This document shows, piece after piece, positions 1 to 18,726 of a stretch of DNA of 64,000 bases (its first letter is position 1; the number at the start of each line of letters is the position of its first letter). Below the pieces are notes generated by a model. It did no database searches, was not told where the DNA came from, and saw only the letters and a program-made list of their open reading frames with translations. Source of the stretch: Eledone cirrhosa (taxonomy: Eukaryota); the NCBI GenBank assembly GCA_964016885.1, contig CAXHJY010000078.1, positions 1 to 64,000 on the forward strand, written 5' to 3'. Both the position numbers and the translations under genes were made by a program.

Positions 1-1995
<1,995 letters not shown>

Positions 1996-1999
1996 CAGA

Positions 2000-2375
2000 A
2001 TTCTAGGAGAAGGAAAACTCTGATATAACACCTGCAACCCTGATGGTATCCAATGATGTTGACTTGTTCTTCTTTTTGGTAAATATCATCTTGGTTAAGA
2101 GAGTGGGACTGGCTTTGTGCAGTGCCTTTGCTCACTATAAAAGCTTCACGGCACAGGCATTGCTTTATATCTGAAGATCTCTCTGCACTTGCCGTCACAT
2201 GGTACCATGGGCCCAGCACTATGTGTCAATAATTGTCACAAGTGTAGTGTTTGTACCAGAGTTTTCAAGTCGCTGGTTGGACTAAAAAGTCACACTCGTT
2301 CAGCGCATAGGTAGGGGTTCTCCTACATGGATATAAAGTAGTGGCCGTACTCGAAAACGAGTTGGCAGCCACCAT
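2000..2375 (+). mobile_element. ~375 bp unclassified interspersed repeat, copy 1 (SINE-like/non-autonomous)
   Basis: Reverse complement of 30900-31272 with the same two boundaries; both copies flanked by TA/TACA microsatellite; no TIRs; terminal stem-loop at 2340-2373; orientation is inferred. Confidence 0.8.
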
Positions 2376-6182
<3,807 letters not shown>

Positions 6183-6231
6183 TTAAGAGAGTAAACAAAA
6201 GAAGCTTCAATACATCAAAAGTCTTTATCTA

Positions 6232-6269
6232 GCCGACAATGTTTCGTCCTATTAAGGACTCATCAGGGC
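6232..6269 (-). ncRNA. Minimal type-I hammerhead ribozyme
   Basis: Minus strand GCC-CUGAUGA-GUCC uuaaua GGAC-GAAA-C auu G-UC-GGC: complete core, stem I GCC/GGC, 4-bp stem II, GUC cleavage triplet. Confidence 0.85.
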
Positions 6270-6434
6270 AATTAAAACAACAAGAAGTAATATCGGCAGA
6301 TACAAACCGGAAGTTCCAAAGAACTATGGAGTGTGTATACACCTAAAGCTATTGCAAAAATATATAATCAAAATAATAAAAATATATAATAAAAATTTCT
6401 AAGGATGTATATAACATTAAGAACCATATTACAA

Positions 6435-6768
6435 ATATGTATATATATATGTATATATATATGTATGTATATATATATGTATATATATATGTATGTATAT
6501 ATATATGTATGTATATGTGTATATGTATATATATGTATGTATATATATATGTATATATATATATATATATGTGTGTATATATATATGCATGTTTATATAT
6601 ATGTATAATATATATATATGTGTATATTAATATATATATGTGTATATATATGTGTATATATATATGTGTATATATATATATGTATATATATATGTATATG
6701 TATATATACTATATGTATAATATATATGTATATATATATATGTATATATATATATGTATATATATATG

Positions 6769-6803
<35 letters not shown>

Positions 6804-6828
6804 GTATATATATATGTATATATATATG

Positions 6829-6905
<77 letters not shown>

Positions 6906-7032
6906 GTATATATATATGTATATATATATGTATATATATATGTATATATATATGTATATATATATGTATATATATATGTATATATATATGTATATATATA
7001 TGTATTATATATATATGTATATATATATGTAT
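6435..7032. repeat. (TA)n/(TATG)n microsatellite
   Basis: Direct inspection. Confidence 0.95.
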
Positions 7033-7145
7033 ATAGAAAGATTTGAATGGATACAGTTCTAGTTGACAGGAATTTATTGACACGTGTTTCTATAACAGCT
7101 TACATAACCTAAAACCAGCTATCTACAAACTTTTAGTTATGCAGA

Positions 7146-7191
7146 CATTCAATATTTCAATGTTATTATTTACTGTCATTTCATCAGAATA
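7146..7191 (-). ncRNA. Hammerhead-like motif (left-arm copy, probably degenerate)
   Basis: Mirror of 7942-7987. Confidence 0.45.
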
Positions 7192-7941
7192 ATATTACTG
7201 AGGACCTATTTAGTTTTTTATAGAGAATATTAGGAGGGAGGGGTGAAGTTGTTAGAAGAATAGTTGAAGGAGTGGTTTTTCGATAGCAGTGAGAATTCTT
7301 GGTGGCAGTGAGTAATTAGATTCCCATCTGTTGTTTTGACATTTTTTATAGAATATATTGTTGGTTATTTTTCTAAATCTATAGAAGGATTAGAGATAGT
7401 ACAGATATGCGTGGTTGGTTTTGTGTTTGCACTTAATTAACATTCAGACTTAAATTTTTCTTTCAAGTGTACGTATCCTTTCACCCACGCATTCACACAC
7501 AAATATATTTGCACACCTCTACAAAATACATATACACACAATTCACATATTCATACTTACATATATATACACATGCATACACATATATATACACACATGT
7601 ATTCATGTACATACATACGCGCTCATGTGTATACATTTTTATACTCAACTTATCTTTATATACACACGTATAGACACACACATATATACATACATACTCT
7701 AGTCCATACACAAAACCAACCACGCATATCTTCACTATCTCTAATCCTTCTATAGATTTAGAAAAATAACCAATAATATATTCTATAAAAAATGTCAAAA
7801 CAACAGATGGGAATCTAATTACTCACCGCCACCAAGAATTCTCACTGCTATCGAAAAACCACTCCTTCAACTATTCTTCTAACAACTTCACCCCTCCCTC
7901 CTAATATTCTCTATAAAAACTAAATAGGTCCTCAGTAATAT

Positions 7942-7987
7942 TATTCTGATGAAATGACAGTAAATAATAACATTGAAATATTGAATG
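7942..7987 (+). ncRNA. Hammerhead-like motif (right-arm copy, probably degenerate)
   Basis: UAUU-CUGAUGA-AAUG(14 nt)CAUU-GAAA-UAU-UG-AAUG; core and stem II present, but position 17 would be G (non-canonical). Confidence 0.45.
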
Positions 7988-8207
7988 TCTGCATAACTAA
8001 AAGTTTGTAGATAGCTGTTTTAGGTTATGTAACTGTTATAGAAACACGTGTCAATAAATTCCTTTCAACTAAACTGTATCCATTCAAATCTTTCTATTTT
8101 TCTCCGGATTACTTTTGGAACTACAACTGGAACCGTCGAGCAAACTCTACGTGAGCTGATAATCTACTGTGTGTAATATTTATATTACAACACAACGGAA
8201 AATACTG

Positions 8208-8627
8208 TATATATATGTATATATATATATACATATATATATATGTGTATATATATATGTATATATATATGTATATATATATGTATATATATATATATGT
8301 ATATATATATGTGTATGTATATATATATATATGTATATATATATGTGTGTGTATATATATATATGTGTATATATATATATATGTATATATATATGTATAT
8401 ATATATATATATATGTATATGTATATATATATGTATATATATATGTATATATATATGTATATATATATGTATATATATATGTATATATGTATGTATATAT
8501 GTATATATGTATGTATATATATATGTATATATATATGTATATATATATGTATATATATATGTATATATATATGTATATATATATGTATATATATATGTAT
8601 ATATATATGTATATATGTATATATATG

Positions 8628-8666
<39 letters not shown>
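8208..8666. repeat. (TA)n/(TATG)n microsatellite
   Basis: Direct inspection. Confidence 0.95.
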
Positions 8667-8669
<3 letters not shown>

Positions 8670-8673
<4 letters not shown>

Positions 8674-8753
8674 TAAAAAAATAATGAATAAAACAATGAA
8701 ACAGTTCCTTATATTAAACAAAAAAAGTTCATTATTTAACGATCGTTTCTAGG
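8670..8753 (-). mobile_element. ~85 bp interspersed repeat carrying a half-hammerhead (GAAAC-GATC-GTT); second copy at 40129-40210
   Basis: Reverse complement matches CCTAGAAACGATCGTTAAAT...TAATATAAGGAACTGTTTC...TTTTATTCATTATTTT at 40130-40200; both copies run into (TA)n. Confidence 0.6.
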
Positions 8754-8823
8754 ACATATATATATAGATTTATCTATATATATATATATATGTATATGTA
8801 TATATATATGTATATATATATAT

Positions 8824-9790
8824 ATCATCATCATCATCATCAACGTTTAACGTCCGTGTTCCACGCTTGCATGGGTTTGGACGGGGGTAGTCCCACTTGA
8901 GGCAAGAGTGATTGTCTTGCTCGCATAGGACTGTCTGGCAGGTTTTCTACAGTTGGATGCCCTTCCTAACACCAACCACATTTACAGTGTGGGTCTGGGA
9001 GGTTTTTACCGTGTTGCCTACACGGCCACATTACAGCGTGGACTGTGTGTTTTTTTGTCGTGACACCTACACGATCTCATTTGTTTCGGCCTGGATGGCG
9101 CGGCACCAACATAACTTTACATAGGACGGGGTGGTGTGGATGGGTGGGGGTGGTGGCGGGACGGGGTGTATTTTGTTAGAGATGCCTACTGGCAAGGCGG
9201 GTCTTCTCTGTTACTGAGTACCGCCAAAGGTCTCGGTCCAGTGACATTGTCTTGGAGAGGTGTAAGTGTGTGAGGTCGGAGTTTATCAGCTCGTCCCAGG
9301 TTTTTCTAGGTCTGCCTATTCCGTGGCTACCGTCTATCTTTATTGCCCTGCACTTTGTTATACAGCTATCGTCTTTCATGCGCATCACGTGTCCATACCA
9401 ACGTAGCCTTCTCTCGAGTAAACAACATCTGATCCCTCTTATCTCTAATTTTTTCCTTAGTTCGTTTATGCTTTGCCGTTCACGTATATTACTGTTACAC
9501 ATCCAGCGGAGCATGCAAGCTTCGTTCCTCTCTAGTCTGCGTATATCCTCTGCACACAATGCCCAGGTCTCACTGCCATGCAACATTGCTGTTCGTATGC
9601 AGGCATCGTACAACCTGCCTTTCATTTTTAGGGAGAACCCTTTAGCAGCTAATAGTGGTATAAGCTCTCTGAACTTTTTCCAACCAGTTCTGACTCTAGC
9701 TACTGTACTTTCAGAGCACCCTCCCCCACTGCTGATTTTATCGCCCAAGTAACGGAAGCTGTCCACTATTTCTATAGAACCCTCTGCGCA
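8824..9790 (-). mobile_element. 5'-truncated RTE-clade LINE (RT C-terminus, 3'UTR, (GAT)n tail)
   Basis: Minus ORF portion 9176-9790: 'VDSFRYLG...MLHGSETW...[12 protein letters not shown]...GRPRKTW' is typical of the RTE/BovB C-terminus; tail reads (TCA)n on + at 8824-8840. Confidence 0.93.
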
Positions 9791-9933
9791 ATATATATAT
9801 ATATATATGTATATGTATATACATATATATATATATGTATATGTATATATATATATGTATATATATGTATATATATGTATATATATATGTATATATATGT
9901 ATATATATGTATATATATATATGTATATATATG

Positions 9934-10002
<69 letters not shown>

Positions 10003-10003
10003 G

Positions 10004-10034
<31 letters not shown>

Positions 10035-10035
10035 G

Positions 10036-10066
<31 letters not shown>

Positions 10067-10153
10067 GTATATATATGTATATATATATATATATGTATAT
10101 ATATGTATATATATGTATATATATATATATATGTATATATATGTATATATATG

Positions 10154-10223
<70 letters not shown>

Positions 10224-10280
10224 TGTATGTATGTATGTATGTATGTATGTATGTATATATATATGTATGTATATATATAT
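9791..10280. repeat. (TA)n then (TATG)n microsatellite
   Basis: Direct inspection. Confidence 0.95.
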
Positions 10281-10349
10281 ATTTTATCTGACAAAACGCA
10301 AATGTTATTGCATGATGATATTTGTTTCTGAAATGCGCATAATAAAATA
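10280..10349 (+). ncRNA. Hammerhead ribozyme relic (G8->A)
   Basis: UAUUUUAU-CUGACAA-[GCAAAUGUUAUU gcau GAUGAUAUUUGU]-GAAA-UGCGCA-UA-AUAAAAUA: 8-bp stem I, 12-bp stem II, palindromic stem III, one core mismatch. Confidence 0.65.
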
Positions 10350-10412
10350 CATGGAACTCTTTTAACCATCTTTTGATATTATATATGTATATATCTATAT
10401 GTATATATATAT

Positions 10413-10508
10413 ATGTATATATACATACATACACATACTCAAATAGGTGTATATATATATATATATATACACCTATTTGAGTATGTGTATGTATGTGTAT
10501 ATATACAC
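10413..10508. repeat. Short perfect palindrome centred on a (TA)n run
   Basis: CACATACATACACATACTCAAATAGGTG-(TA)n-CACCTATTTGAGTATGTGTATGTATGTG. Confidence 0.85.
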
Positions 10509-10818
10509 ACGTGTATGTATGTGTATATATATATACACACATATGTATATATATATATATATAGACACACATACACATACGTCTGTGAGTATGTGTGTGA
10601 GTATATATACATACACACACATATGTATGTGAATATGTGTATACATATACACACATATGTGTGTATTATTTATTCTTTATCCTTAACATATAATTGTTTC
10701 TACTTTTGGCACAAGGCCAGCAATTACGCAGTACATTACTAGAGAAGGGCCTCAAATTCCCTACACGTTAGGGCCTCACTAGGTGAATATCCTGTCTTAA
10801 TCCCACACATATGTCACC

Positions 10819-10948
10819 CTCTCTCTCTCTCTCGACCTCATATCTCACTCTCTCTCTCTGTCTACCTCATACGTATCTCTGTCTCTCTCATATCTCTCTT
10901 TCTCTCTGTCTACCTCATACGTATCTCTCTCTCTCTATCTCTCTCATA

Positions 10949-10981
<33 letters not shown>

Positions 10982-11530
10982 GGTATGTCTGTCTGTCTGT
11001 CCAGTCCCCTAATCCCTCCTCCCACCTCATATCCTAACGTAGGTCTGTCTCTCTGCCACCTTAAATACCTGTCTAGCCGAACGAAACAGAATTAGTCCTG
11101 TAGAAGTTACCCTTCTCTCAAATAGAATAACTACCCTCACACACATTATATATACACCCACACACCCATATATACACACATACACACACATTATATATAC
11201 ACACACACATATATTATATACACACACTATATATATTATATACACACACATATATTATATACACACTCATATATATACACACACACTATATATATTATAT
11301 ACACACACTATATATATTATATACACACACACATATATATTATATACACACACTATATATATTATACACACACATACACACATACGCATATACACATACA
11401 TACGATTATATACATACACATACACATACATACGATTACATACACACATGCTATACACACACATGCTATACACACACATGCTATATACACACATGCTATA
11501 TACACACATGCTATACACATATATACGCAG
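10819..11530. repeat. Mixed (TC)n, (TGTC)n and CA/TA microsatellites
   Basis: Direct inspection. Confidence 0.8.
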
Positions 11531-11725
11531 GGCTTTCTGACAATTTAATCCCAATACCTAAACAGAATTAGTCCTGTAAAAGCTGAATTAAATATCTCCT
11601 GACTTCAGTTGTCTCTCTCTCTACCTAAATATTTTACTCTCTGTCTCTCTCGCTCCCTACATACACCCACACACATGCATGTATACACACACTATATATA
11701 TATATACACACGTAAATCGAACCAA

Positions 11726-12900
11726 GGTGTGTATATATTGTAGTGGTATATATTGTAGTGGTGTATATTGTGGTGGTGTATATTGTGGTGGTGTATATTG
11801 TGGTGGTGTATATTGTGGTGGTGTATATTGTTGTGGTGTATATTGTGGTGGTGTATATTGTAGTGGTGTATATTGTGGTGGTGTATATTGTGGTGGTGTA
11901 TATTGTAGTGGTGTATATTGTTGTAGTGTATATTGTAGTGGTATATATTGTGGTGGTGTATATTGTAGTGGTGTATATTGTGGTGGTGTATATTGTAGTG
12001 GTGTATATTGTGGTGGTGTATATTGTTGTGGTGTATATTGTTGTGGTGTATATTGTGGTGGTGTATATTGTGGTGGTGTATATTGTGGTGGTGTATATTG
12101 TGGTGGTGTATATTCTAGTGGTGTATATTGTGGTGGTGTATATTGTAGTGGTGTATATTGTAGTGGTGTATATTGTGGTGGTGTATATTGTGGTGGTGTA
12201 TATTGTGGTGGTGTATATTCTAGTGGTGTATATTGTGGTGGTGTATATTGTGGTGGTGTATATTGTGGTGGTGTATATTGTGGTGGTGTATATTGTGGTG
12301 GTGTATATTGTTGTGGTGTATATTCTAGTGGTGTATATTGTAGTGTATATTGTGGTGGTGTATATTGTGGTGGTGTATATTGTTGTGGTGTATATTGTAG
12401 TGGTGTATATTGTAGTGTATATTGTGGTGGTGTATATTGTGGTGGTGTATATTGTTGTGGTGTATATTGTGGTGGTGTATATTGTTGTGGTGTATATTGT
12501 GGTGGTGTATATTGTTGTGGTGTATATTGTGGTGGTGTATATTGTGGTGGTGTATATTGTTGTGGTGTATATTGTAGTGGATATGGTGGTGGTGTATATT
12601 GTGGTGGTGTATATTGTAGTGGTCTATATTGTGGTGATGTATATTGTGGTGGTGTATATTGTGGTGGTGTATATTCTAGTGGTGTATATTGTTGTAGTGT
12701 ATATTGTAGTGGTCTATATTGTGGTGATGTATATTGTGGTGGTGTATATTGTGGTGGTGTATATTCTAGTGGTGTATATTGTTGTAGTGTATATTGTAGT
12801 GGTCTATATTGTGGTGGTGTATATTGTGGTGGTGTATATTGTGGTGGTGTATATTGTGGTGGTGTATATTGTGGTGGTTTATATTGTAGTGTATATGGTG
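11726..12900. repeat. 15-bp minisatellite GGTGTATATTGTGGT, ~78 units
   Basis: Regular 15-nt period with GTA/GTT/CTA variants. Confidence 0.97.
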
Positions 12901-14104
12901 TATGTTAAACAGTACAACTTCACCATTCGATTGATTTAATGTCTAATTTAATCTAAATATCTGCTCCATTCTGTGGTAGTTGTGTACAAACATGTCGTCT
13001 GCTAAACGACTTAACCAATTATATTTAATTCATCTATTCTACTATTTCAACGAAATCTGCCTTTCCCCGTGCCTTTCCATTATCTCAGCTAAAATTGTGA
13101 CTTTTCTTTATTATCCTCTGAAAGTATTTTTGTTCAGCTATAAATCGATATATATTTGTAAAAAAAGACGACGAAAATCTATGTCTATCTCTCTCTCTAT
13201 ATATATATATACATATCTATCTCTCTATATACACACCTACCTCTCTATATATACACACCTACCTCTCTATATATACATATCTATCTCTCTATATATACAC
13301 ATCTATCTCTCTATATACACATCTATCTCTCTATATACACATCTACCTCTCTATATACACATCTACCTCTCTATATACACATCTATCTCTCTATATACAC
13401 ATCTACCTCTCTATATACACATCTATCTCTCTATATACACATCTACCTCTCTATATACACATCTACCTCTCTATATACACATCTATCTCTCTATATACAC
13501 ATCTATCTCTCTATATACACATCTATCTCTCTATATACACATCTAACTCTCTATATACACATCTATCTCTCTATATACACACCTACCTCTCTATATACAC
13601 ATCTATCTCTCTATATACACACCTACCTCTCTATATACACATCTATCTCTCTATATACACATCTATCTCTCTATATACACATCTATCTCTCTATATACAC
13701 ATCTACCTCTCTATATACACATCTACCTCTCTATATACACATCTATCTCTCTATATACACATCTATCTCTCTATAGACACATCTACCTCTCTATATACAC
13801 TCCTATCTCTCTATATACACACATATCTCTCTATATACACATGTATCTCTCTCTATATACACACCTACCTCTCTATATATACACATCTATCTCTCTATAT
13901 ATACACATCTATCTCTCTATATACACACCTACCTCTCTATATACACATCTACCTCTCTCTATACACTCCTATCTCTCTATATACACTCCTATCTCTCTAT
14001 ATACACACCTATCTCTCTATATACACATGTATCTCTCTCTATATACACACCTACCTCTCTATATATACACATCTATCTCTCTATATATACACATCTATCT
14101 CTCT

Positions 14105-14947
14105 ATGGAGGAAGACGAACTGGCCAACCTGTTCGGTAGGACATTCAGCCCGGGACCCATGGATAACTTCCAGAGGTCCCTGGCCTGGCAATGCTACAGA
14201 AGGGCTCTGCCCGTTCGAGAAAGGCTCTACAGACACGGGCGCCCGGGTAGGGACCCATCGAAAAAGGTCTGTCCCAGATGCGTGTGCGACGAGGAAACCG
14301 TTGCACACGCATTGGTACACTGCTCGGGCATTGCCGATCTGTGGGGTTATGTCGAACAACTGCTGTCAAGGGTGGGACCGATCCGGTTGACCACCGAGTC
14401 TATTGTAACGATCAAGCCGCCTCCCCTCTTCAAAAACGAAGGAGAGGCGGTGTTTCTGTGCGTAATAGCCATGGCGATAGAGGTTGTATGGTGGACGCGT
14501 CTGAAAGGACTGAGGTCAGACACCTTTCTCTCTGACCAAAAACTGGTCCGTTTCTTCCGATATCATTTCGGAAGAAGGATCAGGATGGAGAGAGAGGTGC
14601 TGCACCCCAGCCGTTTCTATGAAAGATGGGTGAAAGTGGCGAGAATGGCCCGTGTGAATGGGCCTTCATTCTACATCAGACTATAGGTGAGGAAGATGAA
14701 AGATCAAGGGAGCACCCCTTCTCTGTGCTCCTGAGGAGAAGGGTTGCACACTTTTTTCGGGGGTGTGTGCGACCCCCCAAGGCGCCTCCTCTCTATTGAG
14801 GACTTTGTTATAAATTTTATTTTTGTTATATTTTATTTTATTTTTATATATTGTTATTGCCTCCTCCTTATTGAGGACGCCTTGTTTTGTAAACTCCCCC
14901 CATTGTACTTGTCCCACTTTTGATGCCCTGGTGGCAAATAAAAGAAA
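14105..14947 (+). mobile_element. 5'-truncated Tx1/L1-type LINE, copy A (ORF2 C-terminus to stop at 14686 plus 3'UTR)
   Basis: Peptide 'MEEDELANLFGRTF...CPRCVCDEETVAHALVHC...' aligns to ORF2 35301-38738; ends AATAAAAGAAA. Confidence 0.95.
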
Positions 14948-17235
14948 CATATCTCTCTATATACACACCTACCTCTCTATATACACATCTACCTCTCTAT
15001 ATACACACCTACCTCTCTATATATACACATCTATCTCTCTATATACACATCTACCTCTCTATATACACATCTATCTCTCTATATACACACCTACCTCTCT
15101 ATATATATACACATCTATCTCTCTATATACACATCTACCTCTCTATATACACACCTACCTCTCTATATACACATCTACTTCTCTATATACACATCTACCT
15201 CTCTATATACACACCTATCTCTCTATATATACACATCTACCTCTCTATATACACATCTACCTCTCTATATACACATCTATCTCTCTATATACACATCTAT
15301 CTCTCTATATACACATCTACCTCTCTATATACACATCTACCTCTCTATATATACACATCTACCTCTCTATATACACACCTACCTCTCTATATATACACAT
15401 CTATCTCTCTATATACACATCTACCTCTCTATATACACATCTATCTCTCTATATACACACCTACCTCTCTATATATATACACATCTATCTCTCTATATAT
15501 ACACATCTACCTCTCTATACACACACCTACCTCTCTATATATACACATCTACCTCTCTATATACACATCTACCTCTCTATATACACATCTACCTCTCTAT
15601 ATACACACCTACCTCTCTATATACACATCTATCTCTCTATATACACATCTATCTCTCTATATACACATCTATCTCTCTATATACACATCTATCTCTCTAT
15701 ATACACATCTATCTCTCTATATACACATCTACCTCTCTATATACACATCTACCTCTCTATATACACATCTACCTCTCTATATACACACCTACCTCTCTAT
15801 ATACACACCTATCTCTCTATATACACATCTATCTCTCTATATACACATCTATCTCTCTATATACACATCTATCTCTCTATATACACATCTACCTCTCTAT
15901 ATACACATCTACCTCTCTATATACACATCTACCTCTCTATATACACATCTACCTCTCTATATACACACCTACCTCTCTATATACACATCTACCTCTCTAT
16001 ATACACATCTACCTCTCTATATACACATCTATCTCTCTATATACACATCTACCTCTCTATATACACACCTACCTCTCTATATACACATCTACCTCTCTAT
16101 ATACACATCTACCTCTCTATATACACATCTATCTCTCTATATACACATCTACCTCTCTATATACACATCTACCTCTCTATATACACATTTATCTCTCTAT
16201 ATACACATTTATCTCTCTATATACACATCTACCTCTCTATATACACATCTACCTCTCTATATACACATCTACCTCTCTATATACACATCTACCTCTCTAT
16301 ATACACATCTACCTCTCTATATACACATCTATCTCTCTATATACACATCTACCTCTCTATATACACATCTACCTCTCTATATACACATCTATCTCTCTAT
16401 ATACACATCTACCTCTCTATATACACATCTACCTCTCTATATACACATCTACCTCTCTATATACACATCTACCTCTCTATATACACATCTATCTCTCTAT
16501 ATACACATCTACCTCTCTATATACACATCTACCTCTCTATATACATATCTATCTCTCTATATACACATCTATCTCTCTATATACACATCTACCTCTCTAT
16601 ATACACATCTATCTCTCTATATACACATCTACCTCTCTATATACACATCTACCTCTCTATATACACATCTACCTCTCTATATACACATCTACCTCTCTAT
16701 ATACACATCTACCTCTCTATATACACATCTATCTCTCTATATACACATCTACCTCTCTATATACACATCTATCTCTCTATATACACATCTACCTCTCTAT
16801 ATACACATCTACCTCTCTATATACACATCTACCTCTCTATATACACATCTACCTCTCTATATACACATCTATCTCTCTATATACACATCTACCTCTCTAT
16901 ATACACATCTACCTCTCTATATACACATCTATCTCTCTATATACACAACTACCTCTCTATATACACATCTACCTCTCTATATACACACCTACCTCTCTAT
17001 ATACACATCTACCTCTCTATATACACATCTATCTCTCTATATACACATCTACCTCTCTATATACACATCTACCTCTCTATATACACATTTATCTCTCTAT
17101 ATACACACCTATCTCTCTATATACACATCTACCTCTCTATATACACATTTATCTCTCTATATACACATCTATCTCTCTATATACACATCTACCTCTCTAT
17201 ATACACACACCTACCTCTCTATATATACACGCCTA

Positions 17236-18726
17236 CCTCCGATAGCGTCGTCGGACGCTGGACGGAGGGCCCGGTGAAGTTGCTCGGGGTCTGGTTCGGA
17301 CCGGACCTCCAGGTGGAGAAAAACTGGGCGGAGGTTACGAACAGGGTGTTTGCACTGACCCAGAAGTGGGCCAGTTGCAAACTATCCCTGAAAGGTCGGG
17401 CGGAGGTGGTGAACACCTACATAGCGTCCGTCATCTACTACCGCCTGACCGTAGTGCCCTGCCCAAGGGAAACCCTCACCAAGATGGAGCGCGCGCTCTT
17501 CCAATTCCTTTGGAAGAGGCGGGCTCCTATGGTGAGGAGATCCATCTGCTGTCAACACCCTTCGAAAGGAGGGCTGGGGATGCCCTGGCTAATGATGCGT
17601 AAACACGCATTAAGGCTACGGCACCTCTACGTATTCCTCACCGGACAACCGGTGTGGGCCTCGTTTGTGAGACGAACCTTTCCCAGACTCGTCTCACTCA
17701 CCGAGCTGCAATCCTGGGTCAAGCAAAGACCGAGAAAACTGGGCGCCTGGCACACTGAGTGTGCCCAGGCGCTCACCGCCCTCTGGCAGGCGGATCCGGT
17801 TATCAGTGGAGACTCCACCGCAACATTCTATAGAGGGCTGGTACGCAGCAGGTGCGACTACGCCCTCGGAGAAGCCCTAGACATGGAGGAGGACGAACTG
17901 GCCAGCCTGTTCGGTAGGACATTCAGCCCGGGACCTATGGACAACTTCCAGAAGTCCCTGGCCTGGCAGTGCTACCGAGGGGCTTTACCCGTTCGAGAAA
18001 GGCTCTACAGACACGGGCGCCCGGGTAGGGACCCCGCCAAAAAGATCTGTCCCAGATGCGTGTGCGACGAGGAAACCGTTGCACACGCATTAGTACACTG
18101 CTCGGGCGTAGCCGATCTGTGGGGCTATGTCGAACAAATGCTGTCAAGGGTGGGACCGATCCGGTTGACCACCGAGTCTATTGTAATGATCAAGCCGCCT
18201 CCCCCCTTCAAAGATGAAGCAGAGGCGGTGTTTCTGTGCGTAATAGCCATGGCGAAAGAGGTTGTATGGTGGACGCGTCTGAAAGGACTGAGGTCGGGCA
18301 CCTTTCTCTCTGGCCAACAACTGGTCCGTTTCTTCCGATATCATTTCGGAAGAAGGATCAGGATGGAGAGAGAGGTGCTGCACCCCAGCCGTTTCTATGA
18401 AAGATGGGTGAAAGTGGCGAGAATGGCCCGTGTGAATGGGCCTTCACTCTACATCAGACTATAGGTGAGGAAGATGAAAGACCAAGGGAGCACCCCTTCT
18501 CTGTGCTCCTGAGGAGAAGGGTTGCACACTTTTTTCGGGTGTGTGTGCGACCCCCCAAGGCGCCTCCTCTCTATTGAGGATTTTGTTAAAAATTTTATTT
18601 TTTGTTATATCTTATTTTATTTTTATATTTTGTTATTGCCTTCTCCTTATTGAGGACGCCTTTTTGTGTAAACTCCCCCCTTTGTACTTGTCCCACTTTT
18701 GATGCCCTAGTGGCAAATAAAAGAAA
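17236..18726 (+). mobile_element. 5'-truncated Tx1/L1-type LINE, copy B (open frame to 18464)
   Basis: 'SDSVVGRWTEGPVKLLGVWFG...' aligns to the post-RT part of ORF2; 3'UTR nearly identical to copy A. Confidence 0.95.

Larger units (their letters stand above)
7033..8097. repeat. Long inverted repeat: ~390 bp arms (7033-7426 / 7708-8097) around a ~280 bp CA/TA-rich spacer
   Basis: ATAGAAAGATTTGAATGGATACAG... at 7033 is the reverse complement of ...CTGTATCCATTCAAATCTTTCTAT ending at 8097; arms near-identical throughout. Confidence 0.95.

Noticed and set aside
11679-12939. Cys/Gly-rich 'GGVYC' and 'VVVYI' ORFs
   Set aside because: 15-bp minisatellite open in several frames, with no codon-position bias or splice context
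14731-14760. CUGAGGA plus stem in the Tx1 3'UTR as a hammerhead
   Set aside because: No GAAA box after the stem, and the motif is not conserved in the full-length copy
14823-18464. 1213-aa ORF fusing YTHL repeats to a LINE C-terminus
   Set aside because: Chance in-frame read-through of a stop-free minisatellite into truncated copy B; non-ATG start
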